From: an uncultured delta proteobacterium | GTDB taxonomy: Bacteria > Desulfobacterota > Binatia > JACPRU01 | Length of the DNA: 64,000 nucleotides | NCBI GenBank assembly: GCA_963745025.1 | Contig: CAVUWD010000005.1 | Location: forward strand, 1 to 64,000 | Direction: 5' to 3' | Part shown: positions 50,094 to 59,576 of the stretch, in pieces | Numbering within the stretch: the first letter of the stretch is position 1 | Layout of the letters: each line of letters starts with the position of its first letter | The notes under the pieces: model-generated | The model's input: the letters and a program-made list of their open reading frames with translations, nothing else | The model's database searches: none | What the model was told of the DNA's origin: nothing | Position numbers and translations under genes: made by a program

Positions 50094-50894
50094 CTACGCG
50101 TCGCGGAACTTCGCGGGCCGCTTCTCGAGAAACGCGCGCAGGCCCTCGCGAAAATCTTCGCCGCGGGTGCAGAGGATCTGGTTGCGATCCTCCATGGCGA
50201 TCACTTGCTCGAGGCTCCCCGCATCGAGGCTCATGTTCAGACACTCCTTGGTGAGCTTCACGCCGAGGGGGGAGTTCCGCAAGATGTCGCCGGCGAGCGC
50301 GCGCGCCGTCGACTCGAGCTCGGCGTCGGGGACCACGCGCGAGACCAGCCCGAGCGTCTCGGCGCGAGCGGCGTCGATGAAGTTGCCGGTGAGCAGCAGC
50401 TCCGCCGCGACCGAGGCCCCGACCATGCGCGGCAGGAAATAGCTGACGCCGACGTCGCAGGCCGAAAGCCCGATGCGGATGAAGGCCGCATTCATGCGAG
50501 CCGATTCGCCGGCGATGCGCACGTCGGCGCCGAGCGCGAGCGCGAAGCCGCCGCCCGAGGCGGCGCCGTGCACGCAGGCGATGATCGGCTGGGGCGCGCG
50601 GCGCATCATCAGCACGAGCTCGCTGATCCGGCGCTGCGCGCGGAGGCCCCCCGGCACGCCGCTCTCGACATCCTCCTCGCTGCTCGCCCTCTCCTTGAGA
50701 TCGAGTCCGGCGGAAAATGCCCGGCCCGCACCGCGCAGCACGACGACGCGCGTCTGGCGATCTTCGGGCAGGCTCGAGAAGAGCTCGCGGAGCTCGGCGA
50801 CGAGCCGGCGGCTCATCGCGTTCAGCCGCTCGGGCCGGTTGAGCGTCAGCCAGGCGACTTCGCCCTCGCGTTCGAGCTTCAGAGTCTCGAACAC
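50094..50894 (-). CDS. Enoyl-CoA hydratase/isomerase
   Basis: LNRPERLNA, FSAGLDL, ASGGG, EKRPA. Confidence 0.93.
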   Translation of the reverse strand: MFETLKLEREGEVAWLTLNRPERLNAMSRRLVAELRELFSSLPEDRQTRVVVLRGAGRAFSAGLDLKERASSEEDVESGVPGGLRAQRRISELVLMMRRAPQPIIACVHGAASGGGFALALGADVRIAGESARMNAAFIRIGLSACDVGVSYFLPRMVGASVAAELLLTGNFIDAARAETLGLVSRVVPDAELESTARALAGDILRNSPLGVKLTKECLNMSLDAGSLEQVIAMEDRNQILCTRGEDFREGLRAFLEKRPAKFRDA

Positions 50895-50896
50895 GG

Positions 50897-51295
50897 CTAT
50901 CGACCGAAGGCCTGGGTCACGAGCTCGGTATCGAGGTATTCGGTGATCGCCTTCACTTTGCCGCCCTCGACGCGGAACAATTGACAGTAGCGGTTGTTGT
51001 ACGGCTTGCCGCTCTTCGTCGTCGAGCGGCCGCGCGCTTGCACGACTACCGTGTCGCCTTCGGCGACCATGCCGTCCACGGTGAGCGAGAGCCCGCCCTC
51101 GAGCTGGCTCATCAGCGGCGTCAGCAACTTCTCCACCACCTCGCCCTTGCCGTTGAACGTGCCGGAGTACTTCGTGCTGCCCATGACCGTGAAGCGCACG
51201 TCGTCGGCCAGGCGATCGAGGTAACCCGCGCCGTTTCCACGCGAGAGCTCCGCGAACATGGTTTCGATCAGCTTCTTGTTTTCGTCTTCACCCAT
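50897..51295 (-). CDS. NTF2/SnoaL-like protein
   Basis: LADDV, AEGDTVVV, YNNRY, EYLDT. Confidence 0.88.
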   Translation of the reverse strand: MGEDENKKLIETMFAELSRGNGAGYLDRLADDVRFTVMGSTKYSGTFNGKGEVVEKLLTPLMSQLEGGLSLTVDGMVAEGDTVVVQARGRSTTKSGKPYNNRYCQLFRVEGGKVKAITEYLDTELVTQAFGR

Positions 51296-51305
51296 GATGC
51301 ACCTC

Positions 51306-52088
51306 CTATCCGAGGAACCCGGAGACGGCCGAAACGAACACTTCCGGCTGCTCGTAGGGGACCATGTGGCCGGCCTCGCGGATCTGCACCAAGCGCGAGC
51401 CCGCGATCGATTGGTTCCAGCGTTCGGCGTAGACGGGTGGGATCAGCGCGTCGCTCGCTCCCCAAACGATCAGCGTCTCGGCCTTGATGCGGTACAGCCG
51501 CTTCGAGAGGCGCCGATTCGGGATCGGGAAGAGGATCTTGCCGGCCATCGCCATGCGGCGGGAATTGACGATGTAGAACTCGGCCAGCACCTCGAGGTTC
51601 GAGAAGTCGAGCCCCCCGGTGAGCAGCGCGAGTCCGGCCGCGGGGTCGTGGAAAAGGTACTTCGGGTACTCGTGCGGCAGCATCGCGTAGAGATCCGGAA
51701 TCGGCTGCTCGGGAATCCACAGACCCGCCGCGCCGACGAGCACGAGCTTGCGAAGGTCGTTCGGCGAGGTCGCCGCCATCTCCGCGGCGATCATGCCGCC
51801 CATCGAGTGACCGACGAGGTGCGGCTTGTCGATGCCGAGCTCGGCGACCACGTCGGCGGCGTGAAGCGTGAAATCCAGCATGTCCTCGAGGAGATCCTCT
51901 CCGGTCGAGTCGCCGTAGCCTGGGAGCTCGGGGGCGAACACGTGGTAGCTCTTCGCGAGCGCGTCGAGAAAGGGATTGTCGGGAAAGAGACCCCCGGCAC
52001 CGTGAAGGAAGACGACGGGAGTGCCGCTGCCCGCCTCGAGCACGCGCACCCTGCAGCCTCGCTTGGTCGTCAGGAATCGGCTCTTCAT
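51306..52088 (-). CDS. Alpha/beta hydrolase
   Basis: FLHGAGG, LPGYG, GHSMGG, WGASD, AGH. Confidence 0.9.
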   Translation of the reverse strand: MKSRFLTTKRGCRVRVLEAGSGTPVVFLHGAGGLFPDNPFLDALAKSYHVFAPELPGYGDSTGEDLLEDMLDFTLHAADVVAELGIDKPHLVGHSMGGMIAAEMAATSPNDLRKLVLVGAAGLWIPEQPIPDLYAMLPHEYPKYLFHDPAAGLALLTGGLDFSNLEVLAEFYIVNSRRMAMAGKILFPIPNRRLSKRLYRIKAETLIVWGASDALIPPVYAERWNQSIAGSRLVQIREAGHMVPYEQPEVFVSAVSGFLG

Positions 52089-53407
52089 CGCGCCACCTCA
52101 CCCTTGCCCTCTGCTGGGGAGCCGCCCCCGTGAGCGCGGCCCTTCGGGCTGGGCTCCGGTGGGCGATCTCCCGGCGGCAGCGACCGCTCGAGCTGCAAGC
52201 GGTTCGGCATCGGCTTGATCCACCATCGCTGGTCGTCCTTCCATTCCGGCCAGACGTCCCTGAGCTTCGGCATCACGCGCTCGGCGAAGAGCCGTGTTGA
52301 GTAGCGCGTCTTCTCGTCGGGCATGTTGCCGACGTGGAGCAAGCAGAAGACGTGGCCGACGTGCAGGCCCTTGATCAGCTCCTCCATCTGCTGCCGCACC
52401 GTCTCGGGGCTGCCGGCGATGACGTAGCGGTCTTCGAGGAGATCCTTCCAGGTGAGCGTCGGGAACTTGGCGAGCGCGTCCTCGGTGAGCGCGGTGAGCG
52501 CGCCGTACTTGAGGGTCTTGATCGTGCGATAGCCCGGCGGATCGGCGAATCCTGGGTACACGTGGAGGCAGCGGTTGTAGAAGTAATGCAGATGCTCGGC
52601 GTAGAGCTTCTCGGCCTCGGCGTCCGTGTCGGCCACGCAGATCGTCTGCGCGAACGCGCCGCGATACGGCGACTCGTCTTTGCCGCGCTTGGCGACCTGC
52701 TCCCAGTAGCCGTCCATCAGCTGCTTGCCGCGCTTGTAGCCGGTGAAGGAGAGGTAGGAGTAGTTATAATCGTTGTCGATGCAGAAATCCCACGTCTCGA
52801 TCGAGCCGCTGCCCGGGATGTAAATCGGCGGATGCGGCTTCTGAACCGGCTTCGGCCAGCAGTTCACGTAGCGAAGCTGATTGTACTTGCCGTCGAAGGA
52901 GAAGATCTCGCTCTCCTTCCAGGCGCGCATGATGAGCTCGTGGGCCTCGGCGTACTTGTCGCGCGTGAGGGCCGGGATCTGCCCGTAGCAGAAGTTGGTG
53001 TCCATCGGCGTGCCGACGGGGAAGCCGGCGATCAAGCGGCCGCCGCTGATCACGTCGAGCATGGCGAACTCTTCGGCCACGCGGATCGGCGGGTTGTAGA
53101 GCGCGATCGAGTTGCCCATCACGCAGATCGCCGCCTTGGAGGTCCGCCGGGCGAGACCGGCGGCGATGAGGTTCGGGGAGGGCATGAGCCCGTAACCGTT
53201 CTGGTGGTGCTCGTTCACGCCGATCGCGTCGTAACCGAGCGTCTCGGCGTACTCGAGCTGATCCATGTAGCGGTTGTAGAGGAAGTGGCCCTTTTCGGGA
53301 TCGAAGAGCGTGTTCGGGATGTCGACCCAGATCGAGCGGTTCTTCTCGCGGAAGTCGTCCGCGAGGTACGGCCAGGGCATGAGGTTGAACCAGGTGAACT
53401 TCATCAA
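52085..53407 (-). CDS. LLM-class flavin-dependent monooxygenase
   Basis: NEHH, PIRVAEEFAMLD, SGGR, WPKPVQKPHPP, GSPETV. Confidence 0.93.
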   Translation of the reverse strand: MMKFTWFNLMPWPYLADDFREKNRSIWVDIPNTLFDPEKGHFLYNRYMDQLEYAETLGYDAIGVNEHHQNGYGLMPSPNLIAAGLARRTSKAAICVMGNSIALYNPPIRVAEEFAMLDVISGGRLIAGFPVGTPMDTNFCYGQIPALTRDKYAEAHELIMRAWKESEIFSFDGKYNQLRYVNCWPKPVQKPHPPIYIPGSGSIETWDFCIDNDYNYSYLSFTGYKRGKQLMDGYWEQVAKRGKDESPYRGAFAQTICVADTDAEAEKLYAEHLHYFYNRCLHVYPGFADPPGYRTIKTLKYGALTALTEDALAKFPTLTWKDLLEDRYVIAGSPETVRQQMEELIKGLHVGHVFCLLHVGNMPDEKTRYSTRLFAERVMPKLRDVWPEWKDDQRWWIKPMPNRLQLERSLPPGDRPPEPSPKGRAHGGGSPAEGKGEVAR

Positions 53408-53595
53408 CGATCTCCTTTGCGCTCTCCGCGGTGCTGATCAAACTAAGACAAACCGCGCAGGAGCATCAATAGGGCCTTCGCCGGCGCCGCGGAACTCGCG
53501 GCGGCCGACATCAGCGCGCAGGATCGATTGCTTAGACTCGAGGTCGCGCGCGAGCTCTTGCGATAGTTTCAAAATGCGCCCAGCGACTGCTAGAC

Positions 53596-54594
53596 ATGGA
53601 CGCAATGTCCCGTGCCGCAGCGGCCTTCGCGCCCCATCGCCTTGTCGCGAACCCGCATCTTCAGTCGCTGCTGGCGAGCTCGAGGCTCCGGCTGATCCGC
53701 CACCGTCGAGCCGGCGGGCTAGGAATCGTGCGTGAGGCGCGCGCGCAAGTCGTCGATTGCGGCGACGGGTCGCGGCTCGCCGCGCTGTATACGCCGCCGC
53801 GTACGGCGCCGCCCGGCCGTCCCGATCTCGCGGTGTTGATCCATGGCTGGGAGGGATGCGCCGACTCGACCTACATGTTGTCGACCGGCGAGATTCTCCA
53901 TCGCGCCGGCTATGCGGTGGTCCGCCTGAACTTACGCGATCACGGCGGAACGCAGGCGCTGAACGAAGGGATCTTTCACGCGAACCGGATCGAGGAGGTG
54001 GTCGGAGCGATCGGCGCGGTGGCGCGAACGATTCCGCATCGGCGGCTCTGTCTCGTCGGATTCTCGCTCGGCGGCAATTTCGCGCTCCGCGCCGGCCTGC
54101 ACGCGCCCGGCGCGAAGCTCGCGATCACACGCATCGTGTCCGTGAATCCCGCGCTCGATCCGCCCTCGACGGTCGAGGCGATCGATCGACATCCGCTCTA
54201 TCGGCGGGTCTTCCTGCGCCGCTGGAGGCGCTCGCTGCTTCGCAAGCAGAAGCTCTTTCCCCATCTCTATGATTTCCGCGGCGCGCGTGGCCTCGATACG
54301 GTGCTCGCGCTCTCCGAGCACGTGATTCCCCGCTACACTCCGTTTTCCACCGTCGACGAATATCTTGCGGCGTATACGCTGAGCGGGGAGCGGCTCGCGG
54401 AGATGGAGGTCCCGACCACCATCGTGACCGCGGCGGACGACCCGATCATCTCGATCGCTCATTTTCGCGCGCTGCCGCCGATCGCCGCGCTCTCTCTCGA
54501 CGTCCAGGCCCACGGGGGGCACTGCGGCTACATTCTCGGCCCGACCCTCCGCTCTTGGCTGGAGTCCCGGGTGCTCGCCATTCTCGCATCCTGA
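53596..54594 (+). CDS. YheT-like alpha/beta hydrolase
   Basis: NPHLQS, HGWEG, NLRDHG, GFSLGGN, DDP, GGHCG. Confidence 0.9.
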   Translation: MDAMSRAAAAFAPHRLVANPHLQSLLASSRLRLIRHRRAGGLGIVREARAQVVDCGDGSRLAALYTPPRTAPPGRPDLAVLIHGWEGCADSTYMLSTGEILHRAGYAVVRLNLRDHGGTQALNEGIFHANRIEEVVGAIGAVARTIPHRRLCLVGFSLGGNFALRAGLHAPGAKLAITRIVSVNPALDPPSTVEAIDRHPLYRRVFLRRWRRSLLRKQKLFPHLYDFRGARGLDTVLALSEHVIPRYTPFSTVDEYLAAYTLSGERLAEMEVPTTIVTAADDPIISIAHFRALPPIAALSLDVQAHGGHCGYILGPTLRSWLESRVLAILAS

Positions 54595-54738
54595 AGCGTC
54601 CCGTTCGGCGGAGTACGGCCCGAGCGGAAAATGCACCGCTCCGAGCCCGGCCAAAGGTAAGACGCGTTGGAAGCATGACGCTAGTTTCGACGGCGCGGCA
54701 CCGGCTATGATGCCGTCGGTGGTTCGGGGGCAGGAGCG

Positions 54739-55113
54739 ATGAAGGCCGGTCGCAGGAGATGCGCCGGTCGGTTTCTTGCTGGGGCACTCGGGGCTTTGCT
54801 CGCGTTCGGCTGCACGCCGGCCTTCTACCCCCTCAACTACCGGTCGATCCGCGGCGCCGTCGGCCGTCGCTTGGATGTACCGTCGCGCGCGCAGTGCGCC
54901 GATCCGCAGGTGTTGACTCCGGCGATGGTCGAAGGGGGCGAGTGGCCGCCCGGCATCACGCTGCAACCGGATGGACTCCTCTCCGGCACCCCGACCACCG
55001 CGGGACATTGGCATGCGATGATTCGGCATGCCCGGGTACGGTGCGGGGACAAGGTCTATCCGAACGAGCGAATGTCGCTGAACTTCGACATCACCGAGCC
55101 GCCGAAGCCGTGA
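54739..55113 (+). CDS. Lipoprotein with putative Ig (He_PIG-like) domain
   Basis: Lipobox LAFGC; PPGITLQPDGLLSGTPTTAG. Confidence 0.65.
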   Translation: MKAGRRRCAGRFLAGALGALLAFGCTPAFYPLNYRSIRGAVGRRLDVPSRAQCADPQVLTPAMVEGGEWPPGITLQPDGLLSGTPTTAGHWHAMIRHARVRCGDKVYPNERMSLNFDITEPPKP

Positions 55114-56315
55114 GCCGCGCGAATCCCGAAGCGAGGGCGGCCGGGCGCGCGTTCTTCGCGAGCTTCCTCGGTTGGACCCTCGACGCGTTCGACTTCTTCG
55201 TCCTGGTGTTCGTGCTGCCCGCCGTCGCCGAGGAATTCCACCGTCCGGTCGCGGACGTCGCCTATACGATCACGCTGACTCTGGCGGTGCGCCCGATCGG
55301 AGCGCTCATCTTCGGCTGGATGGCGGACCGCTACGGCCGGCGGATCCCGTTGATGATCGACGTGGTCTTCTACTCGATCGTCGAAGTCCTGTCCGGCCTC
55401 GCGCCCGACTATTCGACGTTTCTCGTGCTGCGCGTGCTCTATGGCATCGCCATGGGAGGAGAGTGGGGCGTGGGCGCCTCGCTGGCGATGGAGGCGGTTC
55501 CCGCCGCGCGACGCGGCCTCCTCTCGGGTCTTCTTCAGGAGGGCTATGCGGTCGGCTATCTGCTCGCCGCCGCGGCCTACTTCGTGGTCTTTCCGGCGCT
55601 CGGCTGGCGGGCGTTGTTTTTCCTGGGCGGCGCTCCGGCACTGCTCGTGCTCTACATCCGCCGCCGAGTTCCGGAGTCGCCGGCGTGGCAGCGTTCCCGG
55701 CCGAATCCTCGTCGCATCGTCCGTGCGGTCGCCGAGAACTTCGGGTGCTTCCTCTACCTGATCCTCTTCATGACGATGCTCAGCCTGATGTCCCACGGCA
55801 CCCAGGACATGTATCCGACGTTTCTCGAGAAGGAGCGCGGGCTCGGCCCGCGGATGGTGGCCACGATCGCCATCATCTACAACGTCGGCGCGCTCGCGGG
55901 CGGGCTTACGTTCGGCGCATTGTCCGATCGCTTCGGTCGCCGCCGGTCGATGGTGCTGGCGGCGCTCGGCGGCGCGCTGGTGATTCCGGCGTGGATCTTC
56001 GGAGCCTCGTGGTGGTCGCTCGCGGCAGGCGCGTTCGCGATGCAGTTCATGGTGCAGGGCGCCTGGGGCGTCGTTCCGGCGTATCTCACGGAGCTTTCTC
56101 CCGCCGAGGCGCGCGGCTTGTTTCCCGGCCTCGCCTATCAGCTCGGCGTGCTCGCGGCTTCGGGCGCACCGTATTTCGAAGCCCGCCTGGCGATCGAAAT
56201 CGGCTACGCGAACGCGCTCGCTCTGGTCGCCGCCGTCGTGCTGGTCCTCGGCGCGGTGGTCATCGCCATGGGCCGCGAGCGCACGGCGGTGGACTTCGCG
56301 CTGCCGGAGCGATAG
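55110..56315 (+). CDS. MFS transporter, SHS (sialate/lactate:H+) family
   Basis: GWTLDAFDFF, DRYGRR, MGGEWG, SHGTQDMYPTFL, QGAWG. Confidence 0.92.
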   Translation: MSRANPEARAAGRAFFASFLGWTLDAFDFFVLVFVLPAVAEEFHRPVADVAYTITLTLAVRPIGALIFGWMADRYGRRIPLMIDVVFYSIVEVLSGLAPDYSTFLVLRVLYGIAMGGEWGVGASLAMEAVPAARRGLLSGLLQEGYAVGYLLAAAAYFVVFPALGWRALFFLGGAPALLVLYIRRRVPESPAWQRSRPNPRRIVRAVAENFGCFLYLILFMTMLSLMSHGTQDMYPTFLEKERGLGPRMVATIAIIYNVGALAGGLTFGALSDRFGRRRSMVLAALGGALVIPAWIFGASWWSLAAGAFAMQFMVQGAWGVVPAYLTELSPAEARGLFPGLAYQLGVLAASGAPYFEARLAIEIGYANALALVAAVVLVLGAVVIAMGRERTAVDFALPER

Positions 56316-56340
56316 CGGGGTGTCGCGGAGGAGAATCGAG

Positions 56341-57126
56341 ATGGCCTACAAGTACGTTCGATCCGAGACCTGGGGATCGACCGCCGTCCTCATCCTGAAC
56401 CGCCCCGAGGCGTTGAACGCGCTCACCGACGAGATGAAGGTCGAGCTCGCCGACGCGCTCAAGGCCGCCGAGCGCGACGACGCCGTGCGAGCAATCGTGC
56501 TCACGGGCGAGGGCCGGGGCTTCTGCGCCGGCGAGGCGTTGAACCCGGAGCTCGTCCAGTCCGCCGAGCCGCCGCTCGACCGCACGCTGCGCGATTTCTA
56601 CAATCCGGTGATCGAGCGGATGCGCGCGATCGACAAGCCGATCGTCGCCGCAGTGAACGGAACCTGCGCCGGCGCCGGCGTCAGCCTGGCGCTGGCCGCC
56701 GACCTGCGCCTGGCCGCCGACAAGGCTTCGTTCGTAATGGCGTTCGTCAAGATCGGGCTCGTTCCCGACGCTGGCAGCACGTTCTTTCTGCCGCGGCTCG
56801 TCGGCATGGGCAAAGCGGTGGAAATGTGCATGACCGGAGACAAGATCGATGCTGCCGAAGCCGAGCGGATCGGTCTCGTCAACCGCGTGGTGCCGGCGGA
56901 TCGACTCATGGAGGAAGCCTCGAAGCTGGCGGGGCGGCTGGCGCAATCGCCGACGAGGGCTCTCGGGCTCATGAAGCGGGCCTTCGATCGGAGCTTCCGC
57001 GTGCCACTCGAGGACCAGCTCTCGTACGAGGCCGATCTGCAAGCGATCGCCGCGCGCACCGCCGACTTCCGCGAAGGCGTGGCAGCGTTCCTCGAGAAGC
57101 GGCCAGCGGTGTTCCGCGGCAAGTGA
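56341..57126 (+). CDS. Enoyl-CoA hydratase/isomerase (PaaG-like)
   Basis: LNRPEALNA, NGTCAGAG, IGLVPDAG, DFREGV. Confidence 0.9.
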   Translation: MAYKYVRSETWGSTAVLILNRPEALNALTDEMKVELADALKAAERDDAVRAIVLTGEGRGFCAGEALNPELVQSAEPPLDRTLRDFYNPVIERMRAIDKPIVAAVNGTCAGAGVSLALAADLRLAADKASFVMAFVKIGLVPDAGSTFFLPRLVGMGKAVEMCMTGDKIDAAEAERIGLVNRVVPADRLMEEASKLAGRLAQSPTRALGLMKRAFDRSFRVPLEDQLSYEADLQAIAARTADFREGVAAFLEKRPAVFRGK

Positions 57127-57172
57127 GGAACCGGTCGCACTTCGCACTTGCTCCTGCTAGCCTCGGAGCCAA

Positions 57173-58294
57173 TTGAAGCCCGGGAGGGAACCAGCGGGGT
57201 GGAAGGAGACGGGCTCCGCGGTCGTCGAGAGCCCGAAACCGCTCGGCAGGGTCGCCGGGTGGAACGATGCAGCACGGCTCTTGTCGAAGGAGCTCGTCCA
57301 CTTCTACCAAGCGCTCCTCGGCGAGTACATCGCCCTCTTCAAGATCACACCCGGATTCGCGCGCGAGCTTTTCCGCAGCGGCGTGTATGTGTCGAATCTG
57401 ACGTTCCGCAAGCTTCCCTACCGCCGCGAGCGGTCCGACCTCGCGCGCTTGCGCGAGTGGAACCCGGGCTGGATCTTCCGCGAGGACTTCGATCCGCGCA
57501 CTTGGATCATCGTGTTCCTGCACGGCTACATCGACAACACCGGCGCGGAGCGCGTGGCCTACAAGCTCGCCCGTCTCGGTTATCAGGTCTATCTCGTCCG
57601 CTATCCGTTCCTGCAGAGCGTCCGTCGCACCGCGATCAGGGTCATGGAAGTGCTCGAGACCATCCAGCATCGAGAGCACGGCAAGCGCATCGTGCCGATC
57701 GGCCACAGCCTCGGCGGCTTCATCTGGGACCACCTACTGCTCCACCGTCCGGAACTGGCGAAGCGCTACCGCATGCCGCTCTACATCTCGATGGGAAGCC
57801 CTCGCTTCGGCACGCTGCCGGCGCACCTCGGCATCGGTCGCAGCGCCCGTGAGATGCGTCCCGGAAGCGCGCTCGTGCTCGACCATCTGAAGCGCTCGTA
57901 CCCGCCGGCTCTGGAGGTGTACCCGTTCATCAGCCGATTCGACATCTTCGTGCTGCCGATCGAGACTGCGCTCCTCAAGCAGGGGATCAACTACGTCTTC
58001 AGCGAGACGGGCCACCTCGCGCAGGCGACGCGCAACGAGACCGTGCGCGCGATCGAGGAGATCATGGCTTCGCCGCGCGAGATCCTCGAGGCGCGCGCCG
58101 AGAAGCGGCGCTTCCACCCCTCGGGGCTCACCTGGCTGCTCAGCAGACTCCCGAAGCCTGCTCTCGAGCGGCTCGGAGTGGCGGGTATCCTGGATTACGT
58201 GCTCGACGGTGCGGAGTCGCCCGAATTCTGGATCCGCATCGTGCACCACGACGTGCGCAGTGGACGGTTGCCGCTGCTGAAGCGCGGACCGTGA
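57173..58294 (+). CDS. Lipase-like alpha/beta hydrolase
   Basis: FLHGY, GHSLGG, GSPRFGT, GH. Confidence 0.75.
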   Translation: MKPGREPAGWKETGSAVVESPKPLGRVAGWNDAARLLSKELVHFYQALLGEYIALFKITPGFARELFRSGVYVSNLTFRKLPYRRERSDLARLREWNPGWIFREDFDPRTWIIVFLHGYIDNTGAERVAYKLARLGYQVYLVRYPFLQSVRRTAIRVMEVLETIQHREHGKRIVPIGHSLGGFIWDHLLLHRPELAKRYRMPLYISMGSPRFGTLPAHLGIGRSAREMRPGSALVLDHLKRSYPPALEVYPFISRFDIFVLPIETALLKQGINYVFSETGHLAQATRNETVRAIEEIMASPREILEARAEKRRFHPSGLTWLLSRLPKPALERLGVAGILDYVLDGAESPEFWIRIVHHDVRSGRLPLLKRGP

Positions 58295-58300
58295 AAAAAC

Positions 58301-58360
58301 GGCTGCCGGCTACCGCGAGAGACTCAAGAAGTCTTTGCCGGTAGCCGGAAGCCGGTAGCC
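58301..58360. repeat. Heptamer-unit palindromic intergenic element
   Basis: GGCTGCC GGCTACC GCGAGAGAC..GTCTTTGCC GGTAGCC GGAAGCC GGTAGCC. Confidence 0.8.
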
Positions 58361-58418
58361 GCGATTGCTTTCACTGCCCTCTGCGCCCGAAGTGCAGGTA
58401 GAACGAGAGCGTGAAGTA

Positions 58419-58775
58419 GACAATCGACGTCGGCGCCGCCGTGTCGTTCTTTGACGCCGAGTGAGGCGGTTCCAGGAACGGCTGAGCCGCTCGAGACCCG
58501 CGACATGCTCGGGCTCGCCATCGAGATGTCGCGCGGCGCGCCGATCCCGGACCCGAAGCACGGCGTGTTCTGCATGTGACGCCGGGCCGAGCCGCCAGCC
58601 ATTCACCGACGAAGCCGTTGCCCAGCTGCAACGCGCCCAGCAGCTGGCGCCGCCAGATCTCCGGTTCGCGAGGCCGCTGCGGGCCGTGAACCTCGCCGAG
58701 GCGCCGTCGAAGGCGATCCCTTCCCAGCCTCGCGGGGCGTCAAAGAGCGACACGGCGGCGCCGACGTCGATTGTC
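58419..58775. repeat. 40-bp inverted repeats (39/40 match) enclosing gene fragments
   Basis: GACAATCGACGTCGGCGCCGCCGTGTCGTTCTTTGACGCC at 58419-58458; reverse complement at 58736-58775. Confidence 0.85.
58484..58579 (+). pseudogene. C-terminal fragment of an acyl-CoA carboxylase carboxyltransferase subunit
   Basis: EPLETRDMLGLAIEMSRGAPIPDPKHGVFCM* matches the DPxxTRxxLGxA..GVFRM* terminus. Confidence 0.7.
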
Positions 58776-58870
58776 GCTTGAGAGCGATCGCTCCGCGCTC
58801 GTAACCTCCGAGCATGATGAATCCACGCGCTCGTTCTCACACAACGAGCGCACGACGAAAGGAGAAGCAC

Positions 58871-59482
58871 ATGGACGGTATGATCGGTTTCATGTTCCTC
58901 GCGGGCTACCTCGGACTCGAAGCGACGTCGTTCACTGTTCACGCGCTGTCGTACGGCGCTCAGGGAGCGGTCTACGTCGCGGATGAGGCTCGGCGGGCGG
59001 TCGGCGCCGGGCCGTCGGTCACCACGTTCGAGGTGGAGCTCATCGCCCCCGCGGCTGCGCCCGCGGGCGAGCGGGAAATGTTCGCGTGCGCGCGGCCGTC
59101 GTCCGATACTCCTTACGGTGAGCGGATCCACTGCCTGAATCGCTCCTACTTCACCAGCTTTGCGGGCTTCGCCGAACCCGATGGGGGCTCGAAGGCTTGG
59201 CGGTTCCAGGTTGCCGTCGACGATGCGCCCGAATCGGTGTGCCTCGATTTCTACGACCAGGTCGAGGTCGGGAGAGGATCGTGGTTCATCGCGGGATCTG
59301 ATCCCCGGTACGGGAATTCCCTCGCCGCGCTGCCCACCGTGACCAGCCGGCGGCCGCCGCTCGGCACCTTCTGTCTCTCCGGCGTCCCTTCCCCGGGTGC
59401 AGTGACCGTCGGCGGGCTCTCCTGCCCCGCCGGCAATCCATCCACCTGCGAGTCGGCCGCCGTGGCCATGGTGCCGAAGTGA
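58871..59482 (+). CDS. Hypothetical Cys-rich membrane-anchored or secreted protein
   Basis: AAGGAG SD, hydrophobic N-terminus, six Cys; no family recognised. Confidence 0.6.
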   Translation: MDGMIGFMFLAGYLGLEATSFTVHALSYGAQGAVYVADEARRAVGAGPSVTTFEVELIAPAAAPAGEREMFACARPSSDTPYGERIHCLNRSYFTSFAGFAEPDGGSKAWRFQVAVDDAPESVCLDFYDQVEVGRGSWFIAGSDPRYGNSLAALPTVTSRRPPLGTFCLSGVPSPGAVTVGGLSCPAGNPSTCESAAVAMVPK

Positions 59483-59576
59483 CCCGGCGCAGCGGCTCAC
59501 ACGTTGTCGCTTGGGCCCGTGCGTCGCTCTGCGCAATGTCCGCGCCCATGCGAAAGCACATCGGGAGGTCACGCGA

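Noticed and set aside
1957-58360. Heptamer elements as CRISPR arrays or classic terminators
   Set aside because: No repeat-spacer periodicity, no cas genes, no U-tracts, and copies lie inside operons and between divergent genes
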